From positions 160,001-224,000 of the forward strand of contig CAVXVB010000008.1 in assembly GCA_963765205.1 (NCBI GenBank): a DNA stretch of 64,000 nucleotides. The letters run 5' to 3'. A model generated the notes under the pieces. That model was not told the origin of the DNA and did not search any database. It saw only the letters and a list, made by a program, of their open reading frames with translations. This DNA comes from an uncultured Verrucomicrobiae bacterium. GTDB taxonomy: Bacteria > Verrucomicrobiota > Verrucomicrobiia > Opitutales > JABDGR01. Below are positions 29,601-39,300 of this stretch, in pieces. Each line of letters opens with the position of its first letter. The stretch's first letter is position 1. A program made the translations under genes and the position numbers.

Positions 29601-31493
29601 ATGGCCCGCCGACGCAAAGACACCTATTACCACCGTGGTGAACCCAGCCGCTGGAGCAAAGTGTTCAAGGTGCTGGGCGTCTTGCTGGTCGTCGCCGCGG
29701 TGCTGGGCGGGACCTGGGTCTTGACCTTGTTCCAGCCGCGTAAAATCAAATACAACGACCCGGCGTTGCAGCCCATGGGCGAGATTCCCAAGGCCGTCTC
29801 CGCCCTGCTCGACCAAAGCAAGGACCTGGAAAAAAAGTTCACCGACGCGACCCAGGCGCGCGACATCACGCCGGACGACCTGGCCAGCCTGCGCCACGCA
29901 ATCCAGTTGCAATTGGATTACCTGGATCAATCGCAAAACCACAACCTCGCCGAGGGCAATGCGCGCATTGAACGCATGACCATCGCGCTCGAGACCTACG
30001 AGGCCAAACCCTTGCGCGCCCAAAGCCTGGACCTGGAAACCAAGGCCGGCGGCCTCGAAGCGCAAAGCGACCTGACCGGCGCCATCAAACTCCTCGCGCA
30101 AGCCGCCGCCTTGGAAGGGCAAATCGTGAAGGACGACCCCAAAGGAGACTCGTATACGTCCGCCCTCAGCCGTGAAATCCAGCTGCGGCACCATGTGGAT
30201 TACCTGACGGCGTTGCCGATCTATAATGAAAGCGCCGCCAGTGAAGCCGCCGCCAAAACCGCCCTGGCCGCGCAGGATTGGGCCGCCGCGCAAAAGAATT
30301 TCCAGCACGCCTACGACCTCCAGTTGAACCTGAACCGCAATTTCCCCGAGCAAAGCTTCGTCAGCGCCCAGCGTGAAAATGACCTCCACAATGAAGTCAC
30401 CGCCCTGCGCTCGCTGCCCGATTACCAGCGCGTGCAACAATCCCTGGCCGACGCCCGGGCGGCCGACGCCGCGGCCGACCAGAGTGACGACCCGGTCAAA
30501 GTCAATCAAGCCGCCGAGCAGGCCGCCCAGTTTTACCAGGAAGCCTATCGCGAACAGGACGACCTCGACAACCATTTCCCGGACTCCCGTTTTGCCGATT
30601 CCTCGCAACTGGCGAAAATCCAGGCGCTGCTCGAAACGTCCAAGAGCCGCCCGCTCGCCACCGAGATCAAGGCGCAGGCCGCCGCGCTCTTTGCCGACTT
30701 GCGGAACCGCCATCCCGACCAGGTGAGCGCGACCATCTCCGTGCTCGAGCAAAAAGCCACGCACTTCCACGAAGCTTTTTCGCAGAGCACCTTGCTCAAC
30801 GCCGATTTGCAAAAACGCCTCGACTTCCTCTATTATAAACGCGACGACCTGGCCGCGATCCAGGAACAGGTTTACGGGCAACTGGCCGCCCTGCCCGGCC
30901 AGCAAACCTTGCAACTCGCCAAGCAGGAAGTCACCCAATCCCTCTACGCCCTGGTCGAAGGGGGCAGCCCCAGCCGTAATCCCGGCGCGCAGCGGCCCGT
31001 GGAAATGGTGAATTGGAACGACGCGCAGGAATTCTGCAGCCGCCTCTCTTGGATTCTCGCCCGCCCGGTGCGCCTGCCCACCGAGGCGGAATACCGCGCC
31101 GCCCTCGGCCCGACCGACGCGCTCGACGTAGCCGCCGTCAGTTGGAACTTCGACAATTCCGCCAGCCAGACGCATGACGTGGCGACCAAGGACGCCAACG
31201 CCAACGGCTTTTACGACCTCCTGGGCAACGTGGCCGAGTGGCTCGGCCGCACCCTCGACGAGGACGACGACAAGGCCCCCGTCATCGGCGGCAACGCCCT
31301 CACGCCGGTGGACACCATCCGCCAGGTCCGCGTCACCGAGCTGGCGCGGGACAACCGCAATCCCTACACCGGCTTTCGTTTTGTGGTGGACCTGGACGAT
31401 TCGCTCCCCGTCATGCCCGCCCCACCCGCCCCCGCGAAAGCCGCGCCCGAGCCGGTCATCCCGCCCGACGACGTCAAGCCGGTGCAGAATTAA
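29601..31493 (+). CDS. Membrane-anchored protein with helical repeats and C-terminal FGE-sulfatase (SUMF1-like) domain
   Basis: N-terminal TM; EVTQ, PVEMVNWNDA..FC, RLPTEAEY, NANGFYDLLGNVAEW, GFRFV. Confidence 0.85.
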   Translation: MARRRKDTYYHRGEPSRWSKVFKVLGVLLVVAAVLGGTWVLTLFQPRKIKYNDPALQPMGEIPKAVSALLDQSKDLEKKFTDATQARDITPDDLASLRHAIQLQLDYLDQSQNHNLAEGNARIERMTIALETYEAKPLRAQSLDLETKAGGLEAQSDLTGAIKLLAQAAALEGQIVKDDPKGDSYTSALSREIQLRHHVDYLTALPIYNESAASEAAAKTALAAQDWAAAQKNFQHAYDLQLNLNRNFPEQSFVSAQRENDLHNEVTALRSLPDYQRVQQSLADARAADAAADQSDDPVKVNQAAEQAAQFYQEAYREQDDLDNHFPDSRFADSSQLAKIQALLETSKSRPLATEIKAQAAALFADLRNRHPDQVSATISVLEQKATHFHEAFSQSTLLNADLQKRLDFLYYKRDDLAAIQEQVYGQLAALPGQQTLQLAKQEVTQSLYALVEGGSPSRNPGAQRPVEMVNWNDAQEFCSRLSWILARPVRLPTEAEYRAALGPTDALDVAAVSWNFDNSASQTHDVATKDANANGFYDLLGNVAEWLGRTLDEDDDKAPVIGGNALTPVDTIRQVRVTELARDNRNPYTGFRFVVDLDDSLPVMPAPPAPAKAAPEPVIPPDDVKPVQN

Positions 31494-31519
31494 ATTGGGT
31501 TATAAAATGTTAAATCGAT

Positions 31520-31575
31520 TCACCGCGAAGGCGCGGAGAGCGCAAAGGGAAACGTTACGGAATTAACATAATTTA
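31520..31575. repeat. 9-nt-period arms (ACCGCRAAG left arm followed by an ACRGAATTA arm)
   Basis: ttcaccgcgaaggcgcggagagcgcaaagg followed by ttacggaattaacataattt. Confidence 0.7.
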
Positions 31576-31774
31576 TACTAACCTTGTGTTGTTTTGAACT
31601 TGAGGATGCCGGGTTCTTCGTCCCGGGGAGCCGCGACCACCAAAAAAATCAACCGCCAGACGGTGCATGCGGGATGAGCGCGCATGGCAGGGGCAAGGGC
31701 TGGATAACAATCATCTAACGGCGAAAGCCATAGACGGCCACGGTCAATTGGGCAAGGTAATTAGCGAGTGATTT

Positions 31775-31898
31775 TTCACCGCGAAGACGCCAAGAACGCA
31801 AGGAAGATTTTTGGGCAGAATTAACAAAATCTCTCCCGGCACTTTGTGCCTGGGTGAACAAAATTTATTCTTGGCGCTCTTCGCGCCTTTGCGGTGAA
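31775..31898. repeat. Inverted pair of 9-nt tandem arms (ACCGCRAAG family)
   Basis: ttcaccgcgaagacgccaagaacgcaag ... cttggcgctcttcgcgcctttgcggtgaa. Confidence 0.9.
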
Positions 31899-31915
31899 TA
31901 TGCGTTATTACCCGC

Positions 31916-32413
31916 CTAATTCCCATCGCCCGCATCGGGCGGGTAAAAATAATTGACCGCCACACCGAGGAGGTTGTCGCGCGTGACGGTATAGGGGTCT
32001 ATATCATCATTGTTGTCGCCTTTGATGAGCCAGTGGTCGCCGTCGAGGCGCACGAGGCGGTGGGCGACGAGCCGGCCGACGGGGGTTTTGTAAACGACGA
32101 TGTCGTCCTTTTTCAAGTCCTCCCATTTCGTCGGGACGACGACGATGATGGTGCCTTCGCCGATGATGGGCTGCATCGAGGTGCCGACGCCGCGCAGCAG
32201 GAAGCTGCCGGGCAGGCCGGACTGGCTGGCCATGGTGCCGGCGGCCAGCTCGGCGGTCGTCACCTGGCTGGGGGCGGGGATGGCGGACTCGTAGCCGTCG
32301 TAGCCCTGGTAGCCCCGGGTGATGCCTTGGCAGGCGACCAAGCACCACGCCGTTAGCAGGAAAATTCCGGCCGGGGCAATCCGCCGCCAACAAAGCTTGC
32401 ACGACTCGGGCAT
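31916..32413 (-). CDS. S24/S26 (signal peptidase I-like) peptidase, probable lipoprotein
   Basis: GTSMQP (Ser), DIVVY, VAHR (His), KGDNN..D; lipobox-like LVAC. Confidence 0.8.
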   Translation of the reverse strand: MPESCKLCWRRIAPAGIFLLTAWCLVACQGITRGYQGYDGYESAIPAPSQVTTAELAAGTMASQSGLPGSFLLRGVGTSMQPIIGEGTIIVVVPTKWEDLKKDDIVVYKTPVGRLVAHRLVRLDGDHWLIKGDNNDDIDPYTVTRDNLLGVAVNYFYPPDAGDGN

Positions 32414-32542
32414 GGTCGCGTATTTTAGCCCCGCTTGGGCAAATGCGCAACCAGAAGCCGCTTGCCATTTGCGCCAAATGATTTTTTACTGGGGTAATCC
32501 CCCCGGGCCGCCGTGCCCGCCACCACCCAACCTTTCATTCCC

Positions 32543-33433
32543 ATGAGCCGCCTTCGCCCCCTTTTGCCCTTGGTCGTGCTCGCCGGCGCCGTGCTTGCGG
32601 CGGCCTTCAAGACCGTTGATTATCTCGAAGCCGATGCGGTCATGGCGAAAGTCCATGAGACTCATGGCGCGGACGCGGAGGTGGACGTGATCCAAATGGT
32701 GTCCGTCACCAAAAACGCCAAGACCAACACGACGGAGACGACGACGCGCACGCTGCTCTCCGCCGTGCAAAGCGACGCGAAAGGCGGCTTGCTCTACCTG
32801 ATGCGGATTGTGGCACCCGAGGATGAAAAGGGCGTCTCGCTGCTGGTGCTCGAGGACACCAATGACAACGTCGAGCAATACCTGTATATCCCCGCGCTCG
32901 GCGCGCCGAAGAAAATTGACCCGGGCAACCGCTCCAGCAGCTTCCTCGGCTCGGACTTCACCTACGAGGACCTGCGCCGCGAAAAACCCGGCGAATGGAA
33001 ATACGACCGCCTGGACGACGAGAAAATTGACGGCACCGACTGCTACGCGATCATGGCCACCCCGGCCAACAAGGACCGCGAAAAAATCACCGGCTACACC
33101 TACCGCTTCCTCGACGTGGACAAGGCCACCTTTGACATCCGCCGCATCGTCTTCCTTGACAGCAAGCAAAAGGAGTTGAAAACATTTGACGCCTACGATT
33201 ACCAGCCCACCAACACTGCCATCCAGCGCCCACGCAGCGGCGTGATGACCAACCTGGTCAAGGGCACCCACACCATCATGACGCTGCTGGGCAGCCGCTT
33301 GGGCAAACCGCTGGACGACAAAATTTTCACCCTCGACACCCTCCAGCATTGGGGCCCCGAGCAGGATAAGCTTTTTGACGACTTGGTGCCCAAGGCCGGC
33401 GCGCCGGCCACGACGGCGGCAAAGACGCCGTAA
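32543..33433 (+). CDS. LolA-like outer-membrane lipoprotein-sorting family protein
   Basis: Signal peptide; P.DEKGV.LL, QYLYIPAL, SSSFLGSDFTYEDL. Confidence 0.85.
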   Translation: MSRLRPLLPLVVLAGAVLAAAFKTVDYLEADAVMAKVHETHGADAEVDVIQMVSVTKNAKTNTTETTTRTLLSAVQSDAKGGLLYLMRIVAPEDEKGVSLLVLEDTNDNVEQYLYIPALGAPKKIDPGNRSSSFLGSDFTYEDLRREKPGEWKYDRLDDEKIDGTDCYAIMATPANKDREKITGYTYRFLDVDKATFDIRRIVFLDSKQKELKTFDAYDYQPTNTAIQRPRSGVMTNLVKGTHTIMTLLGSRLGKPLDDKIFTLDTLQHWGPEQDKLFDDLVPKAGAPATTAAKTP

Positions 33434-33508
33434 AACTTTGCCGACTGCGCGCCGGAATTTCCCCCACCCGCTCCACCCCGCCGCCGCAACCTCGACCCCT
33501 CTGCCGCC

Positions 33509-36436
33509 GTGTCGCCCTTCATCGGGAAGCTCCTTGGCTTCTGTTACCGCTGGGCTTGGCTGATATGGCTGGCGGCCTTTGCCCTCGCGGGTTTGGGGGC
33601 GTGGTCGGCGCGGAATATCAAGCTCAACGTCTCGGCGGAGGGCCTGGTGCCGGAGAACAGCCCGCTGCGGGCCACCTACGAGGAAACGAAAAAGACGTTC
33701 GGCTCCGATTATGTCGTGGGCGTCTATGTCGAGGACCCGGATCTGTTCACCGCGCCGAAACTGCGTACGCTGGCGAACCTGGAGCATAAACTGGCGGATT
33801 TGCCCTCCGTCGAACGCTCGGAAAGCCTCTTCACGGTCAACAACATTGACGGCTCGAGCGGCTCGCTCATCACCGGCCCGATCCTTGACCCCCTGCCCGA
33901 GACACCGGAAGCGCTGGCGGCAGCCAAGACCCGCGCGTTGCGCAACCCGCTGCTGAAAGGCACACTGATTTCGCCCGACGGGCAGGCGACCATCCTGATG
34001 CTCTACCTCAAGCCCGAACTGGCGCAGCAGGAGAATTTCGACGCGGGCTTCCTCGACCAGCTCAACCAGGTCATCGCCGAGAATCAAAACGGCGTGGCCA
34101 AGGACGACGACGGCAACCCGATCCTCGACCAGGACAAGCATCCGGTGGCGGACACGACCGGTCAATTCGCGACGATCTTCCCGATTGGCTCGCCGGTCAT
34201 GCATGTGGCGATTTCGAAATATATTTTTCGCGACCAGATGCTGCTCCTGCCGCTGGCCTGCGTGATTTTGCTGGGCCTGCTGGGGCTGCTCATGCGCAGC
34301 ATCCACGGGGTCGTCATCCTGCTCATCAACGCGGTGCTGGCCAATTGCTGGACGCTCGGGTTGATGGCGTGGTTTGGCATCCCGCTAAACATGCTCAATT
34401 ATGTCGTGCCGGCGCTGGTGGTGATGATCGGCTCCGGCTCGGATGTGCATTTGATGATCGGCTCGGCCCAGCAGCGCGCGCGCGGCTTGAACGGATTGCA
34501 GGCGATTTCCGAAACCGGGCGCCTGATCGGCCTGAGCCTGCTGCTGAACACCTTCAGCACGGTGCTCGGCTTTGGCTCGACACTGCTGACGAACATCGGC
34601 GTGCTGCGAGAGTTCGGCGAATCGGCGGCGCTGGCCATCACCCTGCGTTTTGTCACCACCATGTTTGTCGTGCCGGCCTACCTGCATGTGATGGACCGCT
34701 GGCTGACGCCGAAGAAAAAGGTCTCGCCCGCCGCGGCCGCTGCGGCCGTCGCGCCCACTGACAGCCTGTGGGACCGTTGCCTGACCCAGCCCTACATCCG
34801 CCTGGTTTCCCGACATCTCGTGCAGCACCCGATCGGCGTCATGGCGTCCTGCGGGGTCATCACCGGCATCTCGCTTATTTTTGCCTCCCGCATCCGCACC
34901 GACAATGATTTCGCCGCCTTCCTGCGCGCGGATTCTCCGGTGATGCAGCAGATGGACACCGTCGCGAAACGCCTTTCCGGCACGGACATCATTGACATTT
35001 CTTTTCGCGGCTCGGAGGGCGATTTTCTGCAGCCCGAGCGCCTCACCCATTTGCTGCAGTTCGAGCAATACGTGCGCCAACTGCCGGACGTGGATGCCGC
35101 CATCGGCTTGCCGGACATTCTGGCGCTGTTCAACCGGGAATTCCACGATGGCGACCCGGCCGCCTACGTCATCCCGCCCGGCGTGAGCCAAGTCCTTTCC
35201 ATGTTTCAGGAATCGGATTTGGCGCCCTATGCGACGCCCGACGGCTCCAAGGTCAACATCGTGCTGCGGTGCAATTTGCACGACACGACGCGCCTGAACG
35301 CGCTGGTCGCCAAAATCACGGCCACGCTGGCCAGCGGCCGCTTCGGCGCGCAACTCTTCACCATCAGCGGCCACGCCGTGCTCGCGGCGGCGTCGGTGGA
35401 TGAGATTGCCCGCGGGCAGGTCGCCTCGCTCACCAGCATGGTTTGCATCCTCGGCGGGATTGTGGCGATCGTCTTCCTGTCCTGGCGGGCCGCGCTCTCC
35501 GCCATTGCGGCCAACCTGACCCCGGTGGCCATTGTGTTCGCCGTGATGGGCCTGTGCCATGTGCCCTTGAACCTCGGCACTTGCATGATCGCCGCCATCA
35601 GCATTGGCCTGGCCGTGGACAACACCATCAACCTGATGGTCCGCTACCACGACGATTTGCGCCGCACGCGTGACAAACGGCAGGCGTTGAACGACACCAT
35701 GGCGGCGGAATTCAAGCCCATCGTGCTCTCCGGGCTTTCGATGGCCGGCGGCTTTCTCGCGCTGTCGGTGTCCAGTTTTGTGCCGATGCAGGAGTTTGGG
35801 TTGCTCAGCGCGCTGGTGATGATTCTCGCCTGCTTCGGCGATTTGATTGTCACCGCCGCCATGCTCGGCAACAGCCGCATCATCACCGTCTGGGGCGTGC
35901 TCGACATCAAGCTGCGCCGCGCGATTGTCAAGCAGTCGCCGGTGTTCGAAGGCTTCACGAACTGGCAGGCGCGCAAACTCATCGCCGCGTCGGACATCGA
36001 GGAATTTGCCGGCGGCCACCAACTCATCCATGACGGGGAGGATGGCGACACGATGTATGTCGTGCTCGAAGGCGAACTCGAAGTCACCAAAGGCGCGGGC
36101 GCCGACCGCTTTGAAATCAACCGCGTCGGCCCCGGCCAGGTCATCGGCGAAGTCGCCCTCATGGCCCAGGTGCAGCGCACCGCCGACGTGACCGCGCTGA
36201 CCCCGATCAAAGTGCTCACGCTCAATCTAAAATCCTTGAGCGAGTTGCAGCGCTTCAGCCCCTACCTGGCCGCCAAGCTCAACCTCAACCTCGCGAAGAT
36301 CCTCGGCCTGCGCCTGGCCGACACCCTGAAAAAAGCCCGGACGAAAAACCCCTTCTCTGGTTCCGCCTCCGCGGTGACGGGCTACACCTCGACCCCCTGG
36401 GCTGGCGGCGTTAAGCCGCCGGGAGCGGGGAAATAA
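33509..36436 (+). CDS. MMPL/RND-family transporter with C-terminal cyclic-nucleotide-binding domain
   Basis: Two TM-periplasmic-5TM repeats, IGLAVDNTI; C-terminal GDTMYVVLEGELEV..GEVAL..RTADV. Confidence 0.88.
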   Translation: MSPFIGKLLGFCYRWAWLIWLAAFALAGLGAWSARNIKLNVSAEGLVPENSPLRATYEETKKTFGSDYVVGVYVEDPDLFTAPKLRTLANLEHKLADLPSVERSESLFTVNNIDGSSGSLITGPILDPLPETPEALAAAKTRALRNPLLKGTLISPDGQATILMLYLKPELAQQENFDAGFLDQLNQVIAENQNGVAKDDDGNPILDQDKHPVADTTGQFATIFPIGSPVMHVAISKYIFRDQMLLLPLACVILLGLLGLLMRSIHGVVILLINAVLANCWTLGLMAWFGIPLNMLNYVVPALVVMIGSGSDVHLMIGSAQQRARGLNGLQAISETGRLIGLSLLLNTFSTVLGFGSTLLTNIGVLREFGESAALAITLRFVTTMFVVPAYLHVMDRWLTPKKKVSPAAAAAAVAPTDSLWDRCLTQPYIRLVSRHLVQHPIGVMASCGVITGISLIFASRIRTDNDFAAFLRADSPVMQQMDTVAKRLSGTDIIDISFRGSEGDFLQPERLTHLLQFEQYVRQLPDVDAAIGLPDILALFNREFHDGDPAAYVIPPGVSQVLSMFQESDLAPYATPDGSKVNIVLRCNLHDTTRLNALVAKITATLASGRFGAQLFTISGHAVLAAASVDEIARGQVASLTSMVCILGGIVAIVFLSWRAALSAIAANLTPVAIVFAVMGLCHVPLNLGTCMIAAISIGLAVDNTINLMVRYHDDLRRTRDKRQALNDTMAAEFKPIVLSGLSMAGGFLALSVSSFVPMQEFGLLSALVMILACFGDLIVTAAMLGNSRIITVWGVLDIKLRRAIVKQSPVFEGFTNWQARKLIAASDIEEFAGGHQLIHDGEDGDTMYVVLEGELEVTKGAGADRFEINRVGPGQVIGEVALMAQVQRTADVTALTPIKVLTLNLKSLSELQRFSPYLAAKLNLNLAKILGLRLADTLKKARTKNPFSGSASAVTGYTSTPWAGGVKPPGAGK

Positions 36437-36438
36437 TT

Positions 36439-36520
36439 TTGACCGCCAAGGCGCGAAGAGCACAAAGCAAGACTGTCCGATAGCTTTCCCTCTTGGCGCT
36501 CTTCGCGCCTTGGCGGTGAA
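36439..36520. repeat. Inverted pair of 9-nt tandem arms (ACCGCCAAG family)
   Basis: ttgaccgccaaggcgcgaagagcacaaag ... cttggcgctcttcgcgccttggcggtgaa between convergent genes. Confidence 0.9.
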
Positions 36521-36546
36521 CTGTTTGGTTGCGATAGCTCCCCACC

Positions 36547-38844
36547 CTAATCCGGCTCTTTTGCCGTGAGCGCATGGTGGACGGCCTGGCCCAAGGCTTG
36601 GAGGGACTGCGGCTTGAGCAGCAAATCGCGGAGGCCCATGGCGTGGACCCGCTCGACCGTCAGGTAAGGGCTGTAGCCGGTGGTGAGGATGATCGGCAAA
36701 TCGAGCCGGATTTTGAGCAACTGCGCGGCGAAATCGGTACCCGTCATGCCGGGCATGGTTTGGTCGGTGATGACGAGGTCAAAACGCGCGGGTGCCTGGC
36801 GCACGAGCTCGAGCGCCTCCGCCACTTTTGTGCTGATCGTGACCTCATAGCCGAGTTGTTCGAGGGTCTTTTGCCCAAGATTGGCCAGCGCTGGCTCGTC
36901 GTCCACATACAGGATGCGCTGGCCTGCGCCCAGCGGCGTGGTTCTCGTCGAGGCGGGCGGCAAGGCCACCTGCTCATGGTAGGCCGGGAAATAAAGGTGG
37001 AAAATCGTGCCCTTGCCCGGATGGCTGTAAACGGTGACCACGCCGTCATGGCTTTCCATGATGCCATGCACCACCGCCAGGCCCAGGCCGGTGCCTTCAC
37101 CCGAAGGCTTGGTGGTGAAAAACGGCTCGAAGATGCGCTCAAGGGTCGCCGCATCCATGCCGCAACCCGTGTCGCCGACGGACAGCCGCACATAGGGGCC
37201 GGGCCGCAGCCGCGGATGCAATTCGGCCAAAAGTTTGTCCACTTCGAAATTCTCCAGTTTGACCTCGAGGCGGCCCGGCCGGTCGCGCATGGCGTGCCAG
37301 GCATTCGTCCCCAGGTTCATCATGATTTGGTGAATCTGCGTTGAGTCGGCGAGGATCGGCGCCACGCCCGGCTCCTTGGTCACCACAAATTCAATGGTGG
37401 TGGGGATGGAGGAACGGAGCAGTTTCAGCGCTTCATCCATGACTTCGCCAATGTGCGTGGAGCGGCGCTCCTGTTGTTCCTGTTGGCGGCTGAAAGTGAG
37501 GATCTGCCGCACGAGGGCGGTGGCGCGATGGCCGGCCTGCATGACGGACTCCATGTAACCCTGCACGAGGGGATTATCACCCAGTTTCATTTTGGCCAGC
37601 TCGGTGTAGCCGGTCATGGCCGCGAGGATGTTGTTGAAGTCATGCGCGATGCCGCCCGCCAGCGTGCCGATGGCCTCCATCTTTTGCGCCCGGCGATATT
37701 GCTCCTCCAGCTTGTGCTGCAAGCTGATGTCTTCCGCGGTGCCGACGATGCGGTAAACCTGGCCCGCCTCGTTGCGAATGGGAAAGGCCCGATCATGGAT
37801 CCAGCGCACCTCGCCGTCGGGGCGCAGGATGCGGTAAACGACGTTGTATTCGCCGCGTTCCTGCCGGTCGGCAATGTCTTTGAGCACCCGGGCGCGATCG
37901 TCGGGATGAATAGCCTCGGACCATTTGGTATTCGAATCATAAAGGCTTTGGCAACTGCGGCCCCAAATGTCCTCAAACGCCGGGCTGATATACAGGATTT
38001 CGCCTTTGGCCGGATTGGTGATCCAGAAGACTTCATTAATGTTCTCGGCCAACTGCCGGAAGCGCTCTTCGCTGTCGCGTAGGGTAACCTCCGCCTCCTT
38101 GCGCTCCGTGATGTCGCGCACAATGGCGATAATGTAGTCCCGGTCGAGCTGGACCCACTTGCTGTTGACTTCAATCGGAAATATGGTGCCATCTTTTCGG
38201 ATATGTTCTGATTCCAGGACGCGGAATCCCCGTTCTCGGATCAGCCGCGCCACCGGCGCCCACGTTGCCGCCGTCACCGTCGGGGAAATGTCGAATACCT
38301 TCAAGGCCAGCATTTCCTGCCGGGTGTAGCCCAGGTCCTGGCAGACTTTTTCGTTTACATCCAAAATCCGGCCCGACTCGGGATCCAGCACCACAAACGC
38401 ATCATTCGAGCGATCCACCAGGGTGCGGAATAATCTCAACGCCGCAACGGCTTGCCGGCTCTCGCGCCGCAGCCGGCTTTGCTCGAGTGCGTGGCTGACG
38501 GCCGGCCCGAGGCGCGCCAGGCGGTCTTTGAGCAGATAGTCCGTCGCGCCGCGCTTCATCGCCGCGACTGCCGTTTCTTCGCCGATGGTGCCGGACACAA
38601 TGATAAAAGGTATGTCCAGCCCGCTCTGCGTCAATAATTCCAGCGCGCGCAGGCCATTGAACTGCGGCATCTCAAAATCCGACAGAATCAAGTCCAGCTC
38701 GGGGCGCAGGCTCGCTAGGTACTCCGCCTCCGTGTCCACCCGCCGCCCGGCGGGGTCGAAGCCCGCGCGGCGCAACTCCCGCAGCACCAGCTCGGCGTCA
38801 TTTGGGTTGTCCTCCACCACCAAGACTTGAATGGGTTGCGGCAT
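36547..38844 (-). CDS. Hybrid histidine kinase (REC-PAS-PAS-HisKA-HATPase-REC)
   Basis: VEDNPND, two PAS/PAC segments, AGGIAHDFNN, FFTTK..GTGLGL, VDDE..DQTMP. Confidence 0.93.
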   Translation of the reverse strand: MPQPIQVLVVEDNPNDAELVLRELRRAGFDPAGRRVDTEAEYLASLRPELDLILSDFEMPQFNGLRALELLTQSGLDIPFIIVSGTIGEETAVAAMKRGATDYLLKDRLARLGPAVSHALEQSRLRRESRQAVAALRLFRTLVDRSNDAFVVLDPESGRILDVNEKVCQDLGYTRQEMLALKVFDISPTVTAATWAPVARLIRERGFRVLESEHIRKDGTIFPIEVNSKWVQLDRDYIIAIVRDITERKEAEVTLRDSEERFRQLAENINEVFWITNPAKGEILYISPAFEDIWGRSCQSLYDSNTKWSEAIHPDDRARVLKDIADRQERGEYNVVYRILRPDGEVRWIHDRAFPIRNEAGQVYRIVGTAEDISLQHKLEEQYRRAQKMEAIGTLAGGIAHDFNNILAAMTGYTELAKMKLGDNPLVQGYMESVMQAGHRATALVRQILTFSRQQEQQERRSTHIGEVMDEALKLLRSSIPTTIEFVVTKEPGVAPILADSTQIHQIMMNLGTNAWHAMRDRPGRLEVKLENFEVDKLLAELHPRLRPGPYVRLSVGDTGCGMDAATLERIFEPFFTTKPSGEGTGLGLAVVHGIMESHDGVVTVYSHPGKGTIFHLYFPAYHEQVALPPASTRTTPLGAGQRILYVDDEPALANLGQKTLEQLGYEVTISTKVAEALELVRQAPARFDLVITDQTMPGMTGTDFAAQLLKIRLDLPIILTTGYSPYLTVERVHAMGLRDLLLKPQSLQALGQAVHHALTAKEPD

Positions 38845-38845
38845 A

Positions 38846-39298
38846 TTATTTCTCCACTTTGGGGGGTTGGTTGAGTAGCAGCCAATACAGGCCCAATTCC
38901 TGCACGGCTTTGGCGAACTGCTCGAAGTTCACCGGCTTGACGATGTAGCTGTTGACGCCAAGCTGGTAGCACTCCGCCACGTCGGCTTGTTCCTTCGACG
39001 AGGTGAGCACCACCACCGGGATCGCCTTTGTGCGCGGGTCGCCTTTGATGCGCCGCAGCACTTCCAGCCCGTCCACCTTGGGCAGTTTGAGATCGAGCAG
39101 GATCACTTTCGGGCCGTTCTCAATCTGGCGGTGGGCGTGGGGCCCCTGGCAAAAGATGAAGTCCAGCGCCTCCGTGCCGTCGCGGGCGACCTGGATGTGG
39201 TTGGTGAGGTTGGCCTTGCGCAAGGCGCGCAGGGCCAGTTCGAGGTCCTGCGGGGTGTCTTCGACGATCAAAATTTCGACAATATTGGCTTCGCTCAT
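38846..39298 (-). CDS. Rcp1-like single-domain response regulator
   Basis: [30 protein letters not shown]. Confidence 0.93.
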   Translation of the reverse strand: MSEANIVEILIVEDTPQDLELALRALRKANLTNHIQVARDGTEALDFIFCQGPHAHRQIENGPKVILLDLKLPKVDGLEVLRRIKGDPRTKAIPVVVLTSSKEQADVAECYQLGVNSYIVKPVNFEQFAKAVQELGLYWLLLNQPPKVEK

Positions 39299-39300
39299 GG

